A DNA stretch of 62,975 bases, counting the filler, from Octopus bimaculoides (taxonomy: Eukaryota), in the NCBI RefSeq assembly GCF_001194135.2. It is 5 parts of 4 records of this genome, joined end to end, with 100 filler letters (N's around TTAATTAATTAA, not from the genome) between each part and the next. Parts side by side here need not be neighbours in the genome. Positions count along the whole stretch, not along the records: positions 1 to 16,254 come from NC_068981.1; 4 more parts are not named here. One strand, written 5' to 3'. The position numbers and the translations under genes were made by a program. How positions within the stretch are numbered: the stretch's first letter is position 1; each line of letters opens with the position of its first letter. Positions 1 through 10,910 of this stretch are shown here, piece after piece. Under the pieces are notes generated by a model. The model did no database searches. It saw only the letters and a program-made list of their open reading frames with translations, and was not told where the DNA came from.

Positions 1-298
1 ATGAAGTAGATTGACAAATTTATTTTTTGAACCAGTTGAAGACACACGAGATGTCGAAATATCGTTCACCAGATAACAAATGACACTCTTCTTCTAATTT
101 TGACTCTATATCTTCAGGAGGAGTTACCTCAATCCTTTCTATATTAGCCAAAATGAATTAGATTGACACATTTATTTTTTGAACCAGTTGAAGATACACG
201 AGATGTCGAAATATCGTTCACCAGATAACAAATGGCACTCTTCTTTTAATTTTGACTCTATATCTTCAGGAGGAGTTACCTCAATCCTTTCTATATTA
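1..298 (+). repeat. 152-bp tandem duplication running off the window start, ending in an (AAT)n/(AAC)n tract
   Basis: Units 1-152 and 153-298 differ at only a few positions. Confidence 0.9.
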
Positions 299-712
299 AT
301 AATAATAATAATAATAATAATAACAACAACAACAACACCTATACTACAATTTAAGCAATGCGTGGAAATGCGATGTCCTTATATATATAAAAAAAACAAC
401 TGTGTGTACAATTATTAATGATATATTCAGTCTCATATCTACACATAAATACAACGTTTATACACCTCACACATATTCACGTGCTGCCTTTCCTACATGA
501 AGAAGACAACATCGAACACACAATGCTTAAACAACTTAAAAGGCGCATTTGAATTCAGAATTATAAAGACGAACCAAATGTTGCTAAGCATTTTGTTCGG
601 CGTGCTAAGGTTCTGCCACTTCGCTGACATTAATAATAATAATGGGTTACGATCTTAACTAATTGGAAGCGTTATCATGTTCATGATTTGCCTTTTATAC
701 TATAAAAGAAAA

Positions 713-1096
713 GTGGAGGCATAATGGCCCAGTGGTTAGGGCAGCCGACTCGCGGTCATAGGATCGCGGTTTCGATTCTCAGATCAGGCGTTGTGAGTGT
801 TTATTGAGCGAAAACACCTAAAGCTCCACGAGGCTCCGGCAGGGGATGGTGGTGAACCCTGCTGTACTCTTTCACCACAACTTACTCTCACTCTTACTTC
901 CTGTTTCTGTTGTGCCTGTAATTCAAAGGGTCAGCCTTGTCACACTGTGTCACGCTGAATATCTCCGAGAACTACATTAAGGGTACACGTGTCTGTGGAG
1001 TGCTCAGCCACTTGCACGTTAATTTCACGAGCAGAGTGTTCCGTTGATCGGATCAACTGGAACCTTCGACGTCGTAAGCGACGGAGTGCCAACAAC
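713..1096 (+). mobile_element. tRNA-derived SINE, family A
   Basis: A-box-like TGGCCCAGTGG, B-box-like GGTTTCGATTC, shared body and (CAA)n tail; six near-full copies in the window. Confidence 0.9.
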
Positions 1097-2217
1097 ATAT
1101 TATAGAAAAAGCTGCTTATTAATGAAAACAATATTTAATAAGCAAACGAGCACTATTATACAAATAAATAATTAGGCGTAAAATCTCTGATCACGAGCAG
1201 AAGAAGTGGAGGAGCATCATAGCTATGTATTGAGAGGAATTCTTTTGAGCATGAATAATTCACCTCTGGAAACCTTATTCAGGGACGTTTTGAGCAGGAT
1301 GGACTATTCGACATGAAGAAACTTCTAACTGGGTCCGTCCCATCTGTAAGTGCATGTGGTGTTTAACTTGATGTGAGTGAGATCAACATGTCACACGCAT
1401 ATGATTGTGGTGCACTTGCCTGGTGTAACTATATAAGACGGATAGTCATGATGGGTATATTGGGCTTCGTATATTTGTATCTCAGTGTCACTTCGATGGC
1501 ATGCATTGCTCCCTCACACAATAACAACAACAATAAATATTCCAGAGGATTGAAAACTATATAATAAAATTAGAAATATCTCGAAACGTCGTTCATTCAA
1601 ATAAATTTATTTATTCATTTTCAGTCAGTTTTCTTGCGAATAAAAATATTTTAATCATTTAAAAAAAGAATAAATCAATAAATAAATGAAAAAAGGAGAC
1701 AATGGCATGTAAAGTGAAAGAAAAAATCCAATCCATGTAAACGGTTGATACTAGCCCTGAAGGCGGATTTTATTACTTTGCTCTCCTTGTACTGTTTGCT
1801 GATTGGTAAACAATAGCAATTTCTATAGAAGGGCTCCAACAACACGTCAAGCCAAAGAAAATATTTCTTTACTAAATCGTCGCCACTCTAATCATCATTA
1901 TCATAATAATTATCATCACTGTCACCTTTTCATTCTCATGTCCATAAGAAACATTATCATCCTCTCCCTCACAGTCTCCTTCATTGTCATCCTCCCAATT
2001 TTTATCTGCATCATCAGAAAAAGAAACATCATTATTATCATCATCATTACCTTTGTCACTATAACGATATCGTCTTCACCATTCATTTTATCATCAGAAT
2101 TAGTAATAATTTCAGCATAAACCTAAACATCATAGTGGTTATCAAATCACCACTAACACGACACACGCGCTTTTCTCGGACTACAGTTTCCCTTCCCTAG
2201 GACTTTTACTTTTTTCC

Positions 2218-2253
2218 TCTGTCTGACGAAGGACATTGCTCGAAACGTCACAC
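2218..2253 (+). ncRNA. Degenerate minimal hammerhead-like motif in a probable Penelope-like terminal repeat (~2160-2335)
   Basis: UGU CUGACGA A GGACAUUGCUC GAAAC GUC^ACA; loopless ACGU stem III; weak stems I and II. Confidence 0.4.
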
Positions 2254-2323
2254 GCCCTGCTTTTATAGTCTTGAAATTTCTCTGAGCATCAGTCTAATAC
2301 ATTCACTATGTTATTATTTTTAC

Positions 2324-2367
<44 letters not shown>

Positions 2368-2377
2368 NNNNNNNNNN

Positions 2378-2418
<41 letters not shown>

Positions 2419-5039
2419 TAAAACTGGCTGTTTAGGCCCATTTGAACCTTGGAGAGGAATCAATCTCTGATCAAAGGAGTCAAATCTATTATTATCTGGT
2501 CTTCTTTTAATGTATACTATATTTAAAAGTGCAATATTAAATGTATGTTATCTTTTCACGACGGTACTGTGTAAAGTAATTAAGATTTGGTTGTTAATTC
2601 TTGCTGGACGAATTATTGGATATATATTACCTGAGTTGTATACTCCTTCTATACTATAAGAGTATTCTATACTCAACGTATAAACCCTTGATCTATAAGA
2701 AGTCTTTTTCGCAGTTTACCAGTCCGCAGTAATTACCTTTTTCAAAAGTAAATATAAATGTGGACATATTGAATGCAATAGCTTGTCTTGAGTCTGTTAT
2801 TGATGGTGTCATATTACCGGTGTCTGTGACATTTTGTCAATTTTCAGTCTGAGAGAACCGTTCATTCTCTAGGCCTGATCACTACCTATTTATTCCAAAA
2901 AATAACTGAAAGACAGAGTTAAAGGAAAATCAGCTGAAGTATTTTAATTATTGACGCAGGAAAAAACGAAAGATAGGGTCAACATTGGTGGGATTTGATG
3001 TTAGAAAGTAGAGAACGACGAGGTATACCGGAAACAAGATATCCAACAGTTTAATGACTCTAATATCTGGCCAATTAGCATTTGAATGTTGAAAGGATAA
3101 ACGTATGTGACTACATTAAAATAAATGCAGTAAAGGTGATGCTGATATTATCTAAGGAACATTTTTTGTTGTTGTTAGTGTGTTAATTAAGGACAACAAT
3201 TATAGAGCAGATATTGTATAAAAGTAATATTAAATGTGATTAATCTCTCTGATTTAGGATATGTAGAAATACATTGTTTTCGTTGTTTAGCTTTTGGTCA
3301 GGCCCAAAGGAGCAAATAAGTAATATAATGGAACCTGTCATCACTTTTGCCAGTAGAATATGCGATTTGAGGATGATTTGGGAACAATTTATCAAAGATC
3401 TAGTTTGCAAGTTGAGGTTGAGTATTGACTCATTTGAAGTTATTATCTAAGCAGACATCATGTAAAAAGCTATGAGTTTATGATTAATCTGAGGTTTTGG
3501 GTATTAACTTCAGCAGTTGTTTCATGGTTCTTGCCTTTGTATAATTGTAGAGCATATTTGTCTCTGGTGAACGGTAGCGCAATTGGAAGGCGGTTATTGA
3601 AATACACCTTCATAAGGGCAACGCATTGACCAAAGTTACGTCCGGATACACTACCTCAAAATCGACCAGTGTGATATTGATATACAAAAATGTGTTGGTA
3701 AAAATATTTGATACATACTTTCCTCGTATTTGAAATTGAAACTTGGGTCAAGAGAATACCGTAATTTGTCGAATATTGTGTGCTATCATTTGCACCAAAT
3801 CCAGCACCTAATTCTAGAAAAAATATCATGAGAAATAATCATATTTCCCTATGAATATTCATCCCAGTGCTAATTTGAATATTCCAGGAAAATACGTTTC
3901 TGATAAGGATATTAAGAGTATAATTGTGGAACACCCATGCATGTTGGCGTACACATACGCAAATATATACAAACTCACACAGGCGTACACGCACACACAT
4001 ACACACACATACGTACATACATATATACACACATCAACACACACTCATATACACACAATCATTCTTCACATACACAAGTTTCAACTTCACAAAATGTTCA
4101 AAGATGGTAATTGATTCACAGCTTGCATTCCAAGACTTTTCCATATTTTTTCTGTAACCTTTTTTTTTTTGGTATGTGTGTGTGAGAGAGAGAGAGAGAG
4201 TGTGTGTGTGTGTGTGATTTTTAGTGAGTTTTTTACACCAAATTTTTGCTTTAGTGAACGCTCCAAGATTAAATCTTTTGTGTTGGCGTTTGTTTTTTTA
4301 TTCGTGGAAAAGTTTCATAAAGCAGTTAAATCCACGGCTCAAATTCTGTACCATTAATTCGATAGTGATTTATTATGCATAGCATGACGTAATGTCTCAT
4401 CTGTTTTTCAGCAGAAAAGGAAATTCTGAGACATTTTATCAATGATAAAATGCATACATAAAATTTACAAAGAAGCAAAAAAGATAAACTTAGTAGTTTT
4501 TGAATAGGAGACTTACAGCATTTCAAAAGAAGCAACATCGTTTCGTTTTTCTTCCTTGAAAGCCTGCCAGAATTAGCATTAAATGCACCAATCTTGTTAA
4601 AATTACTTTTTCAGGTATATAACTCATCTTTATTATTCACTGACACCAAAATATTGTGAGGACGTCTCGACGACGTTCGAAGCTGTAAATTTTACAAAAT
4701 TTGATATATAGCGATATATAGTCAGACAACGAAGTTTCCAAATATTAAAGAAGTGGCCAGTAAGCTGAATTTGTTTCACATTTAGAAAGGCGAACTTCGT
4801 TTCTAAAAGTAAATGAAACATCATTTCTATGAAAATAGTAATATATCAAGAGGGTCTCCTAACCCAACAATTTTTCACCTTATGGTAGCAATTTTATTCA
4901 CCATATTAAACCATAGTGGACATGGATACACATACTAGAAGACCATCAATTCATGCATGTCCCCAAGTTGAAGGGTTTATATAATTAACAATTAGATGCA
5001 ATATGCGACTAAATTTCTCCACAGCTACAGTTTAGTTAT

Positions 5040-5655
5040 CATTTAAAGCAAGAAACAGAAATAAGACAAGTAGATGAAACACAGACCTACTAATACTTAG
5101 GAATCATTGAAATATAGAGTTCGCTGCACAAAAAGGAAGAGAAGGTTAGAAAGGAATATTTTTGATTCAAAAATGTAATTAATAGAAGAAAGCTAGAAGC
5201 AAGATGACTAATACAAATAACCTTTAAAATTTCTTGTCATCCTAGTAAATTAGAGATTTAATGTTGACAACTGTACTCAAAACAACAAGCATCACTAGAA
5301 AAAACACGCAAAAATACTGATTGCATACATAACTGCAAAAGTATTTCTCAACTTGAAATGTACAACTAGCTATAAAATACAAAAACAAGAAAAGGGTTTT
5401 CGGAACTGAAGAATGCCACCAAATACAAACCACTTACTAAAGTACCATATTGTTGCGTGTACTTGATTATTGGAAATAATGTCCCATGACCCAAAACATA
5501 GGACAGATTTTTAATGAAGAGAAATACAGAGAATGTGGAGTTTGGTAAGAAACAATTTGCCACGTTATCTCTGTATTATTTACACAATTAAACTGATTTC
5601 AGCATTATAAAAGGGAGGAGATATAGGAAGGATGCATATTCACCAAAGAGGTAGT

Positions 5656-5693
<38 letters not shown>

Positions 5694-6045
5694 ATAAAAA
5701 ATTCAGAGAATGACAAAGAAACCTTACTTTGGTATAAGCAAAACTAGTTAGATAGAGATCACGGACATCGTTGGCCGGATACTCTTGTCAAAGATCAAAA
5801 ACGAATTAAGTACTTCTTAATCAATGTACTAAAACCAACTTAATATGAACGATCGCTAAAACAAACTGAGAAATTACTCTAATTTCAGAACCGGGAAACA
5901 ATCCCTCGAGCAACAGGCATCACAGGAATGATTAACAAAAAGTTATTAGCGAAATCTTGTGACTACCAAATATACACAACACACAAAGAATAGCAATATT
6001 AAAAGACTTTCGCACATACATTAAAACAAAGATCACATCACTTGT
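5040..6045 (+). mobile_element. Highly decayed R4/Dong-like (REL-endonuclease) LINE relic
   Basis: Broken frames give QTY*YLGI..EKVRKEYF and ENDKETLLWY...RDHGHRWPDTLVKDQK, resembling the R4/NeSL RT end and REL domain; an (AT)n tract lies inside. Confidence 0.6.
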
Positions 6046-6795
6046 CCATCGAGCACAAAATTTCACTGAGCGCATGAAAATAAATGAAGGTTACTAATAA
6101 TAATGATGGTGATAGTGATAATGTCATGATAATGATGATGATTGTGACAACGACGACGACGACGATGAAAATGATGATGATGGTTGTGGTGGTGATGATG
6201 ATAATGATGATGATGATGATGATGATGGAAATGATACCACTCTTTGTAAAAAAAATCACTTAAACCCTTTGTACTAATTAAGTAGATAATTAATTTAACC
6301 TTTGAGGGCAACTTTATCAATATCCTTCATTGAAGCTAATGTTAAAGTCAAAGTCGAAACTTATGTTTTATATGAAAAATTAACTTGCAACGTTACATAT
6401 GTAGATAAAATAGTAAAAATAACTTGCCCTACATTTTTGCAGCGTTCATTTAATAGAAAATCAGAGGCTTGTAACCTCAGTTACCGATATGTTTGATACT
6501 GAAAAAGAAACTCTTGCGATCAATCAAAACCATTGTGTATAGTGCTCCTATTCTGAATCATCCTCATGATAAAGCAGTGCCACCACTAATGTTGTACACC
6601 ATTAGAAAGGAACATTTATGCACACACATCATGAAAACTTACGTAGATACAGTAATACACATTTATAATGAATTTCGTGCGATCTCTATTACTCGTGGTC
6701 TAAAGAAAAAATATTGCATGCGTAGCGCATTCCACAAAAGACATCGTTCCCATTGGTACAGTTGAAATTCCGAAAGTTATTTGAGAAATAGACAG

Positions 6796-7147
6796 CTGGT
6801 TGGCACTCCGTGGCTTACGACGACGAGGGTTCCAGTTGATCCGATCAACGGAACAGCCTGCTCGTGAAATTAACGACACGTGTACCCTTAACGTAATTCT
6901 CGGGGATATTCAGAGTGTGACAAGGTTGGCCTTTTGAATTACAGGTACAATAGAAACAGAAAGTAGGAGTGAGAGAAAGTTGTGGTGAAAGAGTACAGCA
7001 GGGTTCGCTACCATCTCCTGCCGGAGCCTCGTGGAGCATTAGGTGTGTTCGCTCAATAAACACCTACAACGCCCGGTCTGGGAATCGAAACCACGATCCT
7101 GTAACCGCGAGTCCGCTGCCCTAACCACTGGACCATTGCTCCTCCAC
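6796..7147 (-). mobile_element. SINE family A with small internal deletion; 11-bp TSD
   Basis: Reverse complement of family A; GAAATAGACAG at 6785-6795 and 7148-7158. Confidence 0.92.
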
Positions 7148-8687
7148 GAAATAGACAGTGTCACAATACTAAATACTTATGATATATTTAGAAATGATTC
7201 CATCCACATTTCTCATGTAATTTATATTTTCCAATGTTGTATGATGTTAAGTCACACGCTGGAGAAAAAAGGGTTCGATCATAATATGTGTAGACCCTGC
7301 CACACTTCTGGTACTTAGCTAAGATATATGCATGTCAACGTTTGGAAGACGAACAGAGCCGCCGAACTGCGATTTCCTTTTCGAATGTTTTCGACAAAAT
7401 CAACACCATTAAGCTTATTGTAGGGCACGCTGTGCTGTTAAACTGGGTGTCATGTTAGGTATAATATTTGACTAATGTGACTCAGGTGGCTTATGTCTCA
7501 GATTATGCAAAACTTTCTAGATTTCTAACATGTGTATGTCTGTGTTTGCGATGGCATAAATTCGTGTAAATGATGAAATTTAGATGGCTCCAAAACCAAA
7601 GATGTTATCTATTGGACTGTCTTGTATGGGAAAAGAGACATGGATTATAAGACAAATTGTTACAATAAAACAATCAAGGCATTTATCATACACGGTTTTC
7701 AGAAGATTCTACTGGTCTCCAGGTGAAATAGTATTACATATTGAAATCCTCCATCGAACAAAAACCTAGCAGTATCTAAGCCGCACTATAAAATTTTTAA
7801 GTGGGATAATTCGGACTTATAATGCACATGCCTAATTCGCACTACACCCGCCTTTGATTCTCTTACAAGTTTACACTCTAGTCACAGTGTGGCTTCGGGA
7901 GAAGCGATTCAAATACGAAGGAAAAAAACAAGATTGAATGCAAACTGTTACATAGTTGTTGCAACCAAACATTCCTGTTATCTCCTACAACATAAGGGAA
8001 GAGTAAGAACAACATCTCTAAACATCAGAAATATGTTGTTAAGTTGTGGCCTTCAATAACTTCTTCCGAGTCTCTGAAATATATCCAGCAATTTCTAGAT
8101 TACCGTGTAATTTCTAGCAATTTCTAGTATTAACGCGTAATACACAGGAGCAGGAAGTTGTCACGCATTAGTACTTATTCTATTGGTCTATTATGCAGAC
8201 CCGCTAGGTTACAGGGACGTAAAAAAACCAACGCCGGTTTATATATTTCAGCAGTAAGATTTTTTATAACACTCTGGACCCAGGAGTGCTTCGCTTCACC
8301 GAGTCTTCTATGTTCAATGACCGACTGGAGACACTAAAGTATAGATCAGTCAACAAAATTTAAATTGCACCGAGAACTAATGCTCTCATGTTTATTATGT
8401 TCTACTGATAATTACATACTGTGCCATCGACAAATCAGAAAGCTGGTAGACTACATTGCACAATTTACAATTTATAATGTACGTTGACGGTGAGGCTACA
8501 ACTCCATTTTAGTGGACTTGCATCATGCAAATAAGGTTGGCCATGAGCCTGCACTGTTCGAATCGCTGTTGCATTGGAAACGTAATGTGATACGCATGGA
8601 GAAAACTTGTATCCCGAGGTCAAAATCAACAAGGAGCTGATAAGTGAAGGCTCCCGAAGCCGGCTCCTGAAATTAATTTATACGTAT

Positions 8688-9087
8688 AGGCACTGGCGTG
8701 ACTGTATGGTAACAAACTTGCTTCTCAACTAAATGGTTCTGGGTTCAGTCCCACTACGTGTCATCTTGTGCAATTGCCTTCTACTTGTATCCTTGCGCCG
8801 ACCAAAGCTTTGTGAGTGGATTTGGTACGGAAACTGAAAGAAGCCCATCGTGTGTATATATATATGTGTGTATGTATTCTTCTGTGTTTGTGTGTGTGCG
8901 TGCTTGTGCGTGTGTGTCTTCTTTGTGTCTGTGTTAGTCCCCACCATCACTTGACAACCGGCGTGGTCTTTTTACGTCCCTGTAACCTAGCGGGTCTGCA
9001 TAATAGATCGATAGAATAAGTACTAAGCTTAAAAAAGAGTCCTAGAGACGATCTGATCGACTAAAAAACCATACAAGGCGGTTCCCT
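8688..9087 (+). mobile_element. SINE family B (CORE-SINE-like, internal TA/TG microsatellite)
   Basis: tRNA-like head, CORE-like ccttgggcaagtgtcttctac segment (degenerate here), shared 3' body with other copies; resembles the octopus OR2 CORE-SINE as recalled, not verified. Confidence 0.75.
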
Positions 9088-10542
9088 AGCCTGCTTGCGG
9101 GCAAATGACTGCAAGAAGTAAAAGATAAATGATAAAATATATTCTATGAACATACAAATTAAACGATTGATTATGACTGATGTGGTGAAGACAGTGATCA
9201 CAGACAATGGCAGAGAAAAGAACAGGGTGCAAAAAGGTGAGTGACACAGTGTCATTATATCTCATTGATCGATTTCAATGAAGGATTACACAAGCACTCA
9301 ACTTTGGGTAATTGATTCCTTAAAGCAGGAACTGGTGGAAACTAATAAAAGTGAATACGAAACTCTTGATCTGGCAGCGTTGATATTACACTCTGCAATG
9401 ATAAGTTGGTTCATACAAGAGTCTGGGCGTTTGAATTGTCTGACGTACGTAAAATACAGACAAATCACTTTTCCTTTCAGTCGGACCGTTAAAATGCTGT
9501 CAAATATAAGCATGTTGAGTTCAAACCACTGGTTATGGGTGTCTTACTCTCACTATGCGGAGTTACATAGAAGCATATACACATACACACGCGCCACAAA
9601 CAAACACAAACACGCACGCACACACACACACGTATATATATATTCTTTAGAATAATGGGTCTCGAAGCACATAGTGCTATAAATAATAGTATGTAAATAT
9701 TGGGTTGAAAAAAGACTTTTGGATATAAAATGCCGAAAGCCTTTGAAATTATCTATCGAAAAGGGTTTCTCAAACCAATGTTTATATCTTATTATTTATA
9801 GGTTTATTTGCATCGAGATCCATTATTCCGAAAATGAATTACTTCACATTTTTTGAAAGTTTAAAAAACGTCCATATTACGTCAATACCACACATACATG
9901 AGCACAAGTCGTGTGTGTGTGAACGCGTTCGTATGTATCTATGTATGCACATGTGTGTATTATGTATGAATGCATGAGTGTGTATGTATCTATAGAAAAA
10001 TTTAAATATAGATACACATACTTCATTAAAATCCTCCTCAAGTTCAACTCTCCAAATTACTGACATCAGCAAAAACTGTTTGTCCATACAAACTTTTAAA
10101 TTTAATGTCTAGCCTGCACTTTAATTGTCGCTAACAAATTGTTTAGTTTATTGTTAATTTAAAAGTTATTATATTTTCAATTTGCCTTTTTCCTGCTTTT
10201 GCTATTTGTATCATAACTTCTATTTTAGATTGTGATTGTTTATTTCCAATTTCTCTGTTGAATTACGACAAAGTAATCTTAATATCTAAGCATTTAGGTA
10301 GTCAAGGTGTCACATATAAGCATCAGTATGTATTCATATATTCATACACATGTACTAATAACTACAAGTATATTACACATTGCAATATACGGATATTTAT
10401 TGTCCTGCATACACAGACAGCCTTTTATAAATACACATTCTAATGTTCACACACATAAACATACTATATATATAAGTATATACACGAATGTATGTATGTA
10501 TGTATGTATGTATGTAAGTATGTATGTATACCTGCATGTACG

Positions 10543-10585
<43 letters not shown>

Positions 10586-10779
10586 ATAACATTCCTACCA
10601 AGTCTGATTTTCACGTTTTATTATTTGCCAATTTTTATAATGTTACAATATTGAAGTTAACAAGTACTTTTATCAGGTATTAGTACAATCATCAGGTTTA
10701 TGCAGTAACAGTAATGTTCCACAATTGTCAACTGTAGACAAATGGTTAGATTTATCCGTTAGATACCTTCCGACGGACT

Positions 10780-10910
10780 CCAATCGGCTGAATCTTACAA
10801 ACTGCATTTTGACCAATCGGTATGTGGCTTAGATGTGTCGGTTTGGTAAACGCGCCAAGTTCTAATTCCATTTCGACCAATCAGTATGTGGCTTAGACGT
10901 CATGGTTTGG
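10780..10910 (+). promoter_or_regulatory. Cluster of three CCAAT (NF-Y-like) boxes plus a CRE-like site
   Basis: CCAAT at 10780, 10813 and 10877 in CCAATCRG context; AGACGTCA at ~10896; a ~42-bp internal duplication. Confidence 0.4.

Noticed and set aside
713-800. tRNA-like sequences at the heads of SINE families A-D
   Set aside because: They have A and B boxes but continue into shared SINE bodies and do not form complete cloverleaves; not tRNA genes.
6038-6320. Poly-His/poly-Ile ORFs (also at 1803, 10956, 20184, 41433)
   Set aside because: Translations of (CAT)/(GAT)/(AAT) microsatellites with no splice or homology support.
9175-9655. Strong donor AAG|GTGAGT at ~9237 and a following 125-aa ORF
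   Set aside because: No acceptor or promoter context, no recognisable motif, and the ORF ends in a CA repeat; cannot be supported as the kinase 5' exon.
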